From an uncultured Clostridia bacterium (GTDB lineage: Bacteria > Bacillota > Clostridia > Christensenellales > DTU072), in the NCBI GenBank assembly GCA_946621465.1, contig CAMOOO010000001.1, positions 896,386 through 960,385 on the forward strand: a stretch of DNA of 64,000 bases, in the 5' to 3' direction. Shown here piece by piece: positions 20,762-30,480 of this stretch; within the stretch, counting starts at the first letter, position 1, and each line of letters opens with the position of its first letter. The translations under genes and the position numbers were made by a program. The notes under the pieces were generated by a model. The model was not told the DNA's origin and searched no databases. It worked only from the letters and a program-made list of their open reading frames with translations.

Positions 20762-20791
20762 ATTGTACCATAAATTTCGCCTGCCTTGCAA
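20762..20791 (-). promoter_or_regulatory. putative promoter of pckG-nadE
   Basis: Minus strand: TTGCAA, 18-nt spacer, TGgTACAAT (extended -10). Confidence 0.45.
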
Positions 20792-20880
20792 GATTTTTTT
20801 ACTAAATGGAACAACATTCCCTTGCTACGCGCATATTTATGGATGTATTTATTCTCTTACAAAAAAATGAAGAAAATAAT

Positions 20881-20909
20881 TTGGCTTTAGTTCATTTTTT
20901 CTTTATAAT
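20881..20909 (+). promoter_or_regulatory. putative promoter of the MMPL/GH38 genes
   Basis: TTGGCT, 17-nt spacer, TATAAT. Confidence 0.4.
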
Positions 20910-20954
20910 TATTTTATACAATCAATATGCAAATGAACAAAGGAGGATCAGAAA

Positions 20955-23237
20955 GTGAAAGATAAACTGCAGCTTGTCACAAAAGGCTTTGCCACCTTTA
21001 CGGTGAAGTTCCGTTGGTTGATGGTGGCGATCTTTGCCGCGCTGTCTATTGCGTGCGCCGTAGCTATACCCTTTACCAAGATCGTTTACGACCTGTCCTC
21101 ATACCTGCCCGAAAAAAGCACTTCCTCTATCGGTCTATCCGTCCTTAAAGAGGAATTCGACGACAAAGGCATGACCTATTTCGTTCTCCCCGGCGTTTCC
21201 GTCGAGGAGGCAAAAGCCGCCGCTCAAGAAGTCGCCGAAGTGGAAGGGGTAGGTAACGTTATTTTCGAGGAATCGACGGGCTATAATAGGGAAAATAATG
21301 CGGCGATACTCACCGTTACGCTGACCGATTACGACTCCACGCAAGGGTGCTTTGAGACCATGGAGAGATTGACCAAGGTAGCCGAAGACCATAACGGGGC
21401 GTTGGTCGGGCAGTCCGCTTCTTCCTATTACACCAAACTGGAGACGGAAGAGAGTATATTAAAGATCGGCGTTGTCATCGTCGCAATCATCCTCGTCATG
21501 CTCCTCATCACCTCGAAGTCCTATTTCGAGCTAATTCCCATGCTCCTCAATTTCGGCGTGGCGGTACTCCTTAACATGGGGACGAATTTCTTTTTCAACG
21601 GCATATCCTACGTATCCAATCTCGTATCGCTGGTACTTCAGCTCGCCCTTTCTATCGACTACTCCGTTATCCTTATGCATAGGTACGTCGAGGAACGGGA
21701 GTCGGGACTGGACCCGAAACAAGCGGCCATCGAAGCCCAACGAAAGGGCATCCCGGAAATTTTATCCAGTTCGCTTACCACCATCGCGGGACTGGTGGCT
21801 CTTATGTTCATGACGCTGGATATCGGCGTGGAGATCGGACTGTCGCTGGCAAAAGGCATTGTTTTCAGCCTGCTTTCCGTCATCTTCTTTATGCCCGCAC
21901 TTTTGGTCTTCTTTGCAAAGCCTTTGGGAAAGACCCAACATAAATCCTTTTTGCCCAATATCACAAAGCCGACCAAAGTTATCTTAAAGGGACGCAAGGT
22001 CATCGTTCCTATCTTTCTCATCCTCGTCATCCTCGCAGGCGTTGGGCAGAGTTTTAATACCTATTCCTTCAATATGAACGGCGGAGCAATGATAGAAAAA
22101 GGTCAACAGGTCGCCCTGGAAAACGGCTTTGGGACCCTGAACACACTGGTTATTGTTTTACCAAACGACGGAGACTATCAAAAACAACGCGCCGTCAGTT
22201 CTTACGTCTCCGGCCACGAGGTAATAGATTCGACCACCGCTCTGTCCTCTATCGAGATCGCCGAGGGCGTGTACTTGACGGACACTGTAAACAAGGACAA
22301 TATAACGGGATTTTTGTCCTCCCTCATGCCCGAATCGGACACCATAACAAAAGCGATTATTTCCTACGCCGCAGACACCCTCTTTTCCGAATACTGCCAA
22401 GATAATTCATTGGACGAGAGGGCGGAAGTGGAAATAGTGGACCTACTTATTTACGCGACGAAGAGTCAGACCTTTGCCGACGTCATCCCCGAAGAGTACC
22501 GAGAAATGCTGTCCAGCCTCGTTTATGCAAAATCCAACCTCACCGGAGACAACTACGTCCGCATGACTTTTAATATCAATTCGGACGTCGAAGACCCTCG
22601 CGCCTTTGCCCTCATCAAAGAATTAAAGACGGGTCTTGGCGACTATTACGACGAATACTACATGACGGGAGAATCGGTCGTCTGCTACGACATGTCGGAA
22701 TACTTTCCGCAAGACGACCGCAACATCAGCATATTTACGCTGGCGTTTATCCTGTTGATTTTGTTTATCACCTTCAGAAATCTTCTTTTGCCTCTTATCC
22801 TCGCACTATCCATTCAAGGGGGTATTTGGATCAATTTCGTCATCCCCTATCTCATCCACGAGCCACTCTGCTTTATCGGATACCTTCTTATTACGGCGGT
22901 GCAGATGGGGGCGACTATCGACTACGCCATAGTCCTGACGAACAGATACAACACCATCCGCGACGGCTTTGCCGACAGAAAAGAGGCAATGGCTACCGCC
23001 CTCAACGCCGTTTTCCCAACCATTATCAATTCCGGTGTGATACTGACCGTCACCGGTTTTACTTTGGCGCTAGCCTCCTCCGGCGTCGTTGCCGCAATGG
23101 GGTCCCTCCTCGGCATAGGAACGGCGCTATCGGTTGGCATCGTTCTGATCGTACTACCCTCTTTCTTACTGGTCACCGAAAAAATAACCGACAAATGCTA
23201 TTTCAAAACGCTTTTTAAACGAAGGAGTAAAAAATGA
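20955..23237 (+). CDS. MMPL/RND-superfamily membrane transporter
   Basis: 760 aa. GTG start 7 nt after AAAGGAGGA. Two blocks of about 5-6 TM helices, each followed by a large soluble loop, which is the MMPL-like topology. Confidence 0.75.
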   Translation: MKDKLQLVTKGFATFTVKFRWLMVAIFAALSIACAVAIPFTKIVYDLSSYLPEKSTSSIGLSVLKEEFDDKGMTYFVLPGVSVEEAKAAAQEVAEVEGVGNVIFEESTGYNRENNAAILTVTLTDYDSTQGCFETMERLTKVAEDHNGALVGQSASSYYTKLETEESILKIGVVIVAIILVMLLITSKSYFELIPMLLNFGVAVLLNMGTNFFFNGISYVSNLVSLVLQLALSIDYSVILMHRYVEERESGLDPKQAAIEAQRKGIPEILSSSLTTIAGLVALMFMTLDIGVEIGLSLAKGIVFSLLSVIFFMPALLVFFAKPLGKTQHKSFLPNITKPTKVILKGRKVIVPIFLILVILAGVGQSFNTYSFNMNGGAMIEKGQQVALENGFGTLNTLVIVLPNDGDYQKQRAVSSYVSGHEVIDSTTALSSIEIAEGVYLTDTVNKDNITGFLSSLMPESDTITKAIISYAADTLFSEYCQDNSLDERAEVEIVDLLIYATKSQTFADVIPEEYREMLSSLVYAKSNLTGDNYVRMTFNINSDVEDPRAFALIKELKTGLGDYYDEYYMTGESVVCYDMSEYFPQDDRNISIFTLAFILLILFITFRNLLLPLILALSIQGGIWINFVIPYLIHEPLCFIGYLLITAVQMGATIDYAIVLTNRYNTIRDGFADRKEAMATALNAVFPTIINSGVILTVTGFTLALASSGVVAAMGSLLGIGTALSVGIVLIVLPSFLLVTEKITDKCYFKTLFKRRSKK

Positions 23238-26149
23238 GCGATAACAAAGCCATCTTCAAATACGCCATTCAACCCGGCTCCCAACTGGCAATGAGTATTC
23301 TACGCAAAAAAACCTTTTCGAGCGTGGGGAAACTGCGTTGCGAGTACGTCTACGACGACGAACCGCTTTTCTTTTCCGACAGAAACAACCTTACTTTTGC
23401 TCCCCTTAATAAGGGGGAAAAGTGGGTAAAAAAACTCTTTGGTTGCGCGCTGATGCACTTCACCGGGAGAGTCCCCGAAAAGGCGAAAGGCAAACACGTC
23501 GTTTTACTTCTCGACGTAGGCGGCGAAGCCTGCGTACTGAATGGTGACGGCACTCCTATCGCCGCTATCACCGACGTTGCGCCCATAGAAAAAAACTTCC
23601 ATATCCTACGCGGTAAAAAGGTGGTAGAGATCACTCCGTGCGCCGAGGGCGGCGAGGAAATCGACGTATGGCTGGAAACGGGCGATAACGATTTCGGCAT
23701 AAAAGACCACGGCATCTTAAAACAGGCGGATATCTGCGTGTACAGAGAGGACATAGGAGAATTATTCTACGACGTACAAAACCTCGCTCTTACCAAGCCC
23801 TATTTCCCCTTCTATACCAAAAAACACCTCTCAATCAACCGTTCCCTTCTCCGCTCCTATGCCGCATTGCACGGCGGAGGTAAGGCCGTCGCTCGCGCAA
23901 GGAAGGTCCTTGCCGGCGAAAGAAAAAAGGGAGAACTCAACCCTTATACCGTCTACGCTATCGGCCACGGCCACCTCGATCTTGCCTTCATGTGGCCCAT
24001 TCGGGAAACCAAACGAAAAGAAGTGAGGACCTTTATTAACCAATTAAACAACATAGAGCGATACGACGAATACGTCTACGGCGCCAGTCAACCGCAACAG
24101 TTCGAGTGGTTGGAAACCCTTTCGCCCGATCTCTTCTCTCGCCTGCAAAAGGCGGAAAAAAACAACCGCCTGGAATTGCAAGGGGGCTTTTGGGTGGAAA
24201 CGGATACCAATATCCCTTCCGGTGAGTCCCTCGTTCGTCAGTCCCTTTACGGACAAAAATACTGGCTGGAAAAGTTCGGTCACCGCGCGAAAATATGCTG
24301 GCTCCCGGATACTTTCGGATTCAGCGGGAACCTTCCGCAGATCCTCAAAAAAAGCGGAATGGACTACTTTATCACCATTAAACTGAGCTGGGGGGATACG
24401 AATAAATTTCCTCATCACACCTTTTTGTGGCGCGGCATCGACGGCAGCGAAATTTTGGCGCACGTTCCGCCCGAATTTACTTACAGCGGAGAGGCTATGC
24501 CGATCAATACCTTCCCTGCGCAAAAGGAGTATACCGAACGGGAAAAAATACCCATGTGGGCATCCCTCTACGGCATGGGTGACGGCGGCGCAGGTCCGAG
24601 CATAGGACATATCGAGTCCTACCTTCGCCAACAAGACGCCGCGGTACTGCCCACGGTGAATTTTTCCCCCCTGGAAAAGATGTTTTCTGAAATGGAAAAC
24701 TATCGGGACGTTATGGTAAAGTACGACGGAGAACTCTATCTGGAAGCCCACCGCGGCACCTACACCACGCAGAACGATATCAAAAAACACAATTATCTGA
24801 CCGAGATCGCCCTGCATAACACCGAGTTTTTGTCCGTTCTGACCGGCGCAGAAGATAAGGAGAAAATGGACGAAATCTGGAAGGAGTTTTTACTCTACCA
24901 ATTCCACGACATTTTGCCCGGAACGTCCATCGAGCGCGTCTATAAAGAGTGCTTTTCCCGTCATCAATTTTTGCGCGATGAGCTAAACGGCATGATAGCT
25001 GAGTCGCTCAAAAAACTCTCCGGGGATAAACTCGTCGCCCTCAACTCTACCTCTTTTTCCGGTAAAGCGATACTCTCCTACCGCGATAAACTGTACCAAA
25101 CGGAACTCCTTTCTTACGGCGCAAGCGATTTGCGGCCCCTTGAAGATAAGCCCCTTCTTGCCGGCGACAACGAAACCATCCAAAATGATACCACCGTCGT
25201 ACGCTTTGCCGAAAACGGCGATATCGTTTCTATGACGGTCAACGGCAAGGAGTTCGTCAAAGATTATTTCGGGCGGTTCGTTATTTTCACCGACATAAAA
25301 ACCAAGTTCGACGCATGGGACGTGACCTACTCCTATCTGACTTTACCCAAAGAAGAGATCGTTTTTTCCGACCCCAAAGTGACTTTGGGTTGCGGATACG
25401 TCTGCCACGAGATGAGTGCGAAAGCGGGCAACTCCTCCTTCGTCCGCCGCGTAATACTCCGCACGGGCAGTCCGCTTGTTGAAATGGAACTGGACGTTGA
25501 CTGGCACGAAGAACACAGAATGCTGCGCGTTGTAAACCGCCCCATAGACTGGGAAGAAGAAGTACTCTGCCATATCCAGATGGGCAACATAAAACGCTCT
25601 ACTTCGGAGACGGACCCAGTGGAAAAAGCCAAGTTTGAGATCTGCGCCCATAACTGGATCAACGTCGGCAAGGTGTCTTATCTTGCCAAGGCAAAATACG
25701 GTTGGAGAGCAAAGAACGGCGAGATCAGCCTCAATCTTCTGCGCGCTCCTACCGATCCCGATCCTACCTGCGACAGACGCAAACACACCATTTTATTCGC
25801 CTACTATCCCCACGAAAAAGAGGTCTTCGAGGCGGAAACACCGAGGGTGTCCTATCTATACAACAATCCACCTATTATCACCAAGACCGCGGCGCCCATT
25901 CCCTCTTTCGTATCCGCAGACAAACGGAACGTCATAGTCGAGACCATTAAGTTTTCCGAAAACAAAAAGGGTGTGATCGTTCGCCTCTACGAAAGCGAAG
26001 GAAAGGTAACGTCAACTTGCTTAACGTTATCAAAACAACCCAAAAAGGCTACCGAAACGAACCTTCTGGAAGACTATATATCGGAAATTGATTTAAAAAA
26101 TATCCCGTTCAAACCCTACGAGATCAAAACCGTTTATTTAGAATACTAA
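23234..26149 (+). CDS. GH38 alpha-mannosidase
   Basis: 971 aa with YAIGHGHLDLAFMWPIRET, WLPDTFGFSGNLPQIL and QFHDILPGTSI. ATGA overlap with the MMPL gene. Confidence 0.85.
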   Translation: MSDNKAIFKYAIQPGSQLAMSILRKKTFSSVGKLRCEYVYDDEPLFFSDRNNLTFAPLNKGEKWVKKLFGCALMHFTGRVPEKAKGKHVVLLLDVGGEACVLNGDGTPIAAITDVAPIEKNFHILRGKKVVEITPCAEGGEEIDVWLETGDNDFGIKDHGILKQADICVYREDIGELFYDVQNLALTKPYFPFYTKKHLSINRSLLRSYAALHGGGKAVARARKVLAGERKKGELNPYTVYAIGHGHLDLAFMWPIRETKRKEVRTFINQLNNIERYDEYVYGASQPQQFEWLETLSPDLFSRLQKAEKNNRLELQGGFWVETDTNIPSGESLVRQSLYGQKYWLEKFGHRAKICWLPDTFGFSGNLPQILKKSGMDYFITIKLSWGDTNKFPHHTFLWRGIDGSEILAHVPPEFTYSGEAMPINTFPAQKEYTEREKIPMWASLYGMGDGGAGPSIGHIESYLRQQDAAVLPTVNFSPLEKMFSEMENYRDVMVKYDGELYLEAHRGTYTTQNDIKKHNYLTEIALHNTEFLSVLTGAEDKEKMDEIWKEFLLYQFHDILPGTSIERVYKECFSRHQFLRDELNGMIAESLKKLSGDKLVALNSTSFSGKAILSYRDKLYQTELLSYGASDLRPLEDKPLLAGDNETIQNDTTVVRFAENGDIVSMTVNGKEFVKDYFGRFVIFTDIKTKFDAWDVTYSYLTLPKEEIVFSDPKVTLGCGYVCHEMSAKAGNSSFVRRVILRTGSPLVEMELDVDWHEEHRMLRVVNRPIDWEEEVLCHIQMGNIKRSTSETDPVEKAKFEICAHNWINVGKVSYLAKAKYGWRAKNGEISLNLLRAPTDPDPTCDRRKHTILFAYYPHEKEVFEAETPRVSYLYNNPPIITKTAAPIPSFVSADKRNVIVETIKFSENKKGVIVRLYESEGKVTSTCLTLSKQPKKATETNLLEDYISEIDLKNIPFKPYEIKTVYLEY

Positions 26150-26661
26150 TCGGTTATTATTATATTGAGCGGAACGTCCCACACATCGCGAGGGACCTTT
26201 CTTTTTTGCTCGGAAAAAGCCAGCCCCGCCGTATAGCATGGGTGTGCCGAAAGGTATTTATCATAATACCCTTTGCCGTGTCCGAGGCGAAAGTTATCTT
26301 CGTCGAAGGCAACCAGCGGCACCGCCATAACGTCGATCTTATTTGTATATGCTTCCCCTTGCGGTTCTGAGATACCGTACGGACCTTGAAAAAAAGGGGT
26401 ACTTTCGTCTATCATGACGAATTCCATTTCCTCCCCGATAACGCGCGGCACTACCACCTTCTTGCCCTCTTGATGCAGTCGGCAAATGATCGGCGCGGTG
26501 TCCGGTTCCGTCGTCATCGACATAAATACCGCCACAACGGAGGCGGCGGTAACTTGAGGAAGGGACAGAAATCTTTGACCGATAACCCGGCTCTTTAGTT
26601 CCTTTTCCGGAAGGTCACGTATAAGGGAAAGGACTTCCTTTCTTATTTTACTTTTTATCAT
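26146..26661 (-). CDS. 5-formyltetrahydrofolate cyclo-ligase
   Basis: ORF 26146..26841, start moved to MIKSKIRKEVL (ATG 26661). Family motifs MTTEPDTAPII and GHGKGYYDKYL. Confidence 0.7.
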   Translation of the reverse strand: MIKSKIRKEVLSLIRDLPEKELKSRVIGQRFLSLPQVTAASVVAVFMSMTTEPDTAPIICRLHQEGKKVVVPRVIGEEMEFVMIDESTPFFQGPYGISEPQGEAYTNKIDVMAVPLVAFDEDNFRLGHGKGYYDKYLSAHPCYTAGLAFSEQKRKVPRDVWDVPLNIIITD

Positions 26662-27157
26662 CGCTTTTTTTTGATTTGCGCGGTTTGGGGTAATTGAAGT
26701 TTTCTTTCTTTCCTTCAATAAGTAGGTTATAGTAAAGCGCCGCGTCGTTTTTGGCTTCGTCCAGGTCCATATCCACGCAGTATCCGCATTCCGTCGGCGT
26801 TGCGCCGGGGATATCTCCCTCGTAATCGCTGGCGTAGTCAAAGGTACGCTCGATCAGCGGCAGGATGATATCGGTATTGACGTCCCCTACCACGATCAGA
26901 TAGAAACCCGTTCTGCTCCCCATGGGATTAAAAGATACGATTCTGTCTTTCCACAGAGGATCGTTTCTTAAAAAGGATTCGCAAATATGTTCCAGGGCGT
27001 GCATACTCCCCGTCGTCATGACTTCTTCTTGATAGGGACGTTTGAGACGCAGGTCGAATACGGTTAGCGTCTCCGCTCCTATATCGTATTTGCACGATAC
27101 GTACAACCCCGCTTTAAGACGGAGATGATCGATAGAAAAACTGGGTATCGGTTCCAT
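26648..27157 (-). CDS. luxS: S-ribosylhomocysteine lyase
   Basis: 169 aa with FSIDHLRLKAG, the metal-binding motif MHALEHI and TECG. Confidence 0.9.
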   Translation of the reverse strand: MEPIPSFSIDHLRLKAGLYVSCKYDIGAETLTVFDLRLKRPYQEEVMTTGSMHALEHICESFLRNDPLWKDRIVSFNPMGSRTGFYLIVVGDVNTDIILPLIERTFDYASDYEGDIPGATPTECGYCVDMDLDEAKNDAALYYNLLIEGKKENFNYPKPRKSKKSDDKK

Positions 27158-27172
27158 TATTACACCTCTTTT

Positions 27173-27910
27173 TTATACTCCTAAGTATTCTTTTATGCCC
27201 TGTACTACGCCGAGCTTCTTTCCTGTCGCCCGGAAGGTCGCTACCGCCTTTGCTCCGGCGGAGCCACGCTCCATAACCACGCTTTTCCCTGCGTATTTCA
27301 ACATATCTATATCGTTATTATTGTCGCCGAAGGCAATCATGCGTTCGCGCGGAATACCCGTTTTTTTGCCTATCAGCTCCATGCCGGTAGCTTTGCTGCA
27401 TCCGTGAACGAAGATATCGACGTACGTACCCATGGAATAGCAGGCCGCATACGGTTCGAGTTCGTCCAGTATCTCCTGCCTGAGCGGACGAAGCACCTCT
27501 ACTTTATTGACCTTTTTATTATCAAAGTCGATAAAGATATCCTCCGGATTTTTCAGCTGCAACGGTCCTTTACACTTCCAAAAATAACTGGGCCCGACGC
27601 AGTCGAAGACGGCAGGTATGTTCTCTTTCCGGACATGCTCCACGATTTTTTCCACGCTCGCTCTCGGCATAAGTTCGCTGGCTAAAACTTCGCCGTTAAA
27701 TTCCGTATACGCCCCTGCGCAGATAAGACCGTCCCACCGGATACGCCGTAGCACGCTCTTTGGGAGTCCCGCTCTCGACCTACCGGTATTAAGCACCACG
27801 TAGTGTCCGGCTTTTTGCGCCCTCTTTATAGCTAAGCTGATCCGAAGAGGAAATCTGCCGCGGAAAAAAATGGTTTTGTCTATGTCAAAAAACAAGATAT
27901 GTTTTTCCAT
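27173..27910 (-). CDS. Cof-type HAD-IIB hydrolase
   Basis: 245 aa. Motif I FFDIDKT; motif IV GDNNNDIDML. Confidence 0.75.
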   Translation of the reverse strand: MEKHILFFDIDKTIFFRGRFPLRISLAIKRAQKAGHYVVLNTGRSRAGLPKSVLRRIRWDGLICAGAYTEFNGEVLASELMPRASVEKIVEHVRKENIPAVFDCVGPSYFWKCKGPLQLKNPEDIFIDFDNKKVNKVEVLRPLRQEILDELEPYAACYSMGTYVDIFVHGCSKATGMELIGKKTGIPRERMIAFGDNNNDIDMLKYAGKSVVMERGSAGAKAVATFRATGKKLGVVQGIKEYLGV

Positions 27911-28025
27911 GCATTCGATTATATCACGGTTTTTTAAAAAGTGAAAGTGTTTCTCGCATAAGTCGCGCCGTTTTTACACAAACGGGAAAACGATAGGCGT
28001 TTTATCGCCCCGGGAATTTTCCTTG

Positions 28026-28054
28026 TTTACATTTTTATTACTATCGGCTATACT
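28026..28054 (+). promoter_or_regulatory. putative sigmaA-type promoter
   Basis: TTTACA, 17-nt spacer, TATACT. RBS GGAGG and the ATG at 28073 lie downstream. Confidence 0.45.
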
Positions 28055-28072
28055 GAAATTACGGAGGTCATT

Positions 28073-28813
28073 ATGGTACTATATTTTACGGGAACGGGAA
28101 ACAGTCGGCACGTTGCGCGCATCATTGCCAAAGAACTAAATGACGAACTGGTCGATATCACGCCTTTTCTTAAAGAAAACAAAACGGGCGACTTCATTTC
28201 GGATAAACCGTACGTATTCGTCGTCCCCACCTATTCTTCTTATTTGCCTTTGATTGTCCAAAAATTCATTGAGGACAGCACCTTTTCCGGGAACAAAGAC
28301 GTCTATTTGCTTCTGACCTGCGGCGCGTCCGCCGCAAAACCGGGCGTAGCCAAACGCTTCGGGCAATTGTGCCAAAAAATTTCTCTCCGCTTCATGGGCG
28401 TGGAACAGGTCGTTATGCCGGAAAATTACATTACCCTTTTCTTTGCGCCCTCCGAAAAGACGGCAAGCGAGATCATCGCAAAAGCGGAAAGAAAGCTGCC
28501 TTCCGCCATCGAAAAAATCAAAAAGGGAGAGACCCTGCGCGTAAAAGGCCGCTATGCGCTGACTACCTACCTAGTCAATCCCATCTTCTATAAGTTACTC
28601 GTTACCGACAAACCCTATTACGCCACGGACGCCTGCGTTGCCTGCGGCAAATGCGTTTCCGTCTGTCCCCTCAATAATATCACCCTAAATAGCGATAAAC
28701 CTATGTGGCACGGCAATTGCACCCAGTGTATGGCTTGCATTTCGCAATGCCCCACCCTTGCCATCGAATACGGCAAAAAGGCAAAAGGAAAACGCAGATA
28801 TTATCTTCCGTAA
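28073..28813 (+). CDS. EFR1-family ferredoxin (flavodoxin-like N-domain plus 2x[4Fe-4S])
   Basis: 246 aa. LYFTGTGNSRHVA, then CVACGKCVSVCP and CTQCMACISQCP. Confidence 0.8.
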   Translation: MVLYFTGTGNSRHVARIIAKELNDELVDITPFLKENKTGDFISDKPYVFVVPTYSSYLPLIVQKFIEDSTFSGNKDVYLLLTCGASAAKPGVAKRFGQLCQKISLRFMGVEQVVMPENYITLFFAPSEKTASEIIAKAERKLPSAIEKIKKGETLRVKGRYALTTYLVNPIFYKLLVTDKPYYATDACVACGKCVSVCPLNNITLNSDKPMWHGNCTQCMACISQCPTLAIEYGKKAKGKRRYYLP

Positions 28814-28815
28814 TC

Positions 28816-29379
28816 ATGACAATCCGCCCCTACCAAGCTAAAGACAAAGAGCGGCTACAACTCATCTGCCGCGAAACGGCGCACGAAAGCTATCAAAAGA
28901 GCGACGCGACCTATGCCGCCGTCACCATTCTCTATAACGACTACTACACCGAGCAGGAGCCGGAGCATATCTTCGTCGCTACCGACGAAAACGACCTTGC
29001 TATCGGCTATATTCTCTGCTCCGTCGATGATAAAAAATTCCGCAAGGAAATGAAAACGACCTATAAAAAACGTCTGCAAAAAGTCTGCCCCTCAAAGGTT
29101 GCCGAAGCCCTCCTTGCCTGCCTTTTATCGTCCGTTCTTCCTAAAAAGTACAGACCCCATCTACATATTGATATTTTACCGCAATATCAAAAGAAAGGCA
29201 TTGGAAAGAATCTTATGAACGCCTTACGTAGTCACCTGTATTCCCTCGGCGTTCTCTATCTCTCCATTCTCTCCCTCTCCACAAAAGCAACCGGCTATCC
29301 TTTCTACAAAAAGTACGGCTTTGGCATCCTCAGGCGTTATCTCCCCACCATCGTCGCACTCACCATTCCTACAAAATAG
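28816..29379 (+). CDS. GNAT-family N-acetyltransferase
   Basis: ORF 28705..29379, start moved to MTIRPYQ (ATG 28816). Acetyl-CoA motif QKKGIGKNLMNAL. Confidence 0.75.
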   Translation: MTIRPYQAKDKERLQLICRETAHESYQKSDATYAAVTILYNDYYTEQEPEHIFVATDENDLAIGYILCSVDDKKFRKEMKTTYKKRLQKVCPSKVAEALLACLLSSVLPKKYRPHLHIDILPQYQKKGIGKNLMNALRSHLYSLGVLYLSILSLSTKATGYPFYKKYGFGILRRYLPTIVALTIPTK

Positions 29380-29405
29380 AGTTTTGCCCCCCTGACACCT
29401 TTTAA

Positions 29406-30440
29406 CTATCGAGAAAAATCGCTTAGGTAGAGGACTTTAGAGCCGTCTTTGGCGACGAAGTTATATTGCACTCCCAGTTCTTCTATCCAGGCGCGGACCT
29501 CTTCCGTTTTGAGGTTTCCGTTGCGGTTATCCCAGACCCAGGAAGGAGTGGGCCACAGGCAGACAGAGGGGGCGACCGTTTCGTAGAAACGCTTATTGCA
29601 GCCGTTCTGTCCGTGGTGCGACATCTGGCAGACATCACAGTGAATAAGACCGCTTTCCGCCCAGTTATCGACTACTTTTTCACCCGCCTTTTCGCCGCAA
29701 TCGCCGGTAAAAAGGACGCTTTCCCCGCCCAGGTCCATGCGGAAAACGAGGGAGGAGTCGTTACAATCGGAAAAAGCCGGGTCGAAGGTGTAGAAGACGG
29801 TAAAGTCGGCTTTTCCTATGCTGAAAAGGTCACCGTCATGTAAGATCTGTTCTTTATCACGGAATAACGGACGCAAACTTTCATATTCGTGCAAAATACC
29901 GTCAGCCCATTTGTCCGTTTGGGCATAGAAGTCGATGGGTGGGAAATTCAGATATATCTTATCCACTTCCACGTCGCAGAAATGGTACTCCATCACTTCC
30001 AGAAAGACCTCGCAATGATCGTCGTGCGGATGGGAAAGAAACCATCCGTCGATATGCGGTTTTTCCTGTCCCGTGACCGCTTTCAAATATTCCAGAAAAT
30101 AAGGCGTTTCCGTCCGATGTCCGCCGTCCATGACGATGACTTTTCCGTCCTTCGTTGTGATAATAAAACTGTTGCCGATGGTGTCGGTAACGGACCTGAG
30201 CATATGAATGGCGTTGACGTTCATGGTGTTCGGGACGTTTTCGTTTTTTACGACGCGATAGTACGAAAGCCCCTTGGCTTTGTTTATGCGTGTTTTATAA
30301 AAATCAACCACGTTTACGAAGAAAGAAAACTCTTTCGTCACTTTTTTCTTATTACCCCCGACGAATCCCGGAACGATGACTAAGAAGATAAATGAAACGA
30401 CGAGAAAAACGGCGCAGACTATAATGATTTTTTTAAGCAT
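29406..30440 (-). CDS. membrane-anchored MBL-fold metallo-hydrolase
   Basis: ORF 29406..30533, start moved to MLKKIIIVCAVFLVV (ATG 30440). HxHxDH motif SHPHDDHCE. Confidence 0.7.
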   Translation of the reverse strand: MLKKIIIVCAVFLVVSFIFLVIVPGFVGGNKKKVTKEFSFFVNVVDFYKTRINKAKGLSYYRVVKNENVPNTMNVNAIHMLRSVTDTIGNSFIITTKDGKVIVMDGGHRTETPYFLEYLKAVTGQEKPHIDGWFLSHPHDDHCEVFLEVMEYHFCDVEVDKIYLNFPPIDFYAQTDKWADGILHEYESLRPLFRDKEQILHDGDLFSIGKADFTVFYTFDPAFSDCNDSSLVFRMDLGGESVLFTGDCGEKAGEKVVDNWAESGLIHCDVCQMSHHGQNGCNKRFYETVAPSVCLWPTPSWVWDNRNGNLKTEEVRAWIEELGVQYNFVAKDGSKVLYLSDFSR

Positions 30441-30480
30441 AAGAGTTTCCTTCCCGAGTTTATTTACGGGCTTAGCCCGA

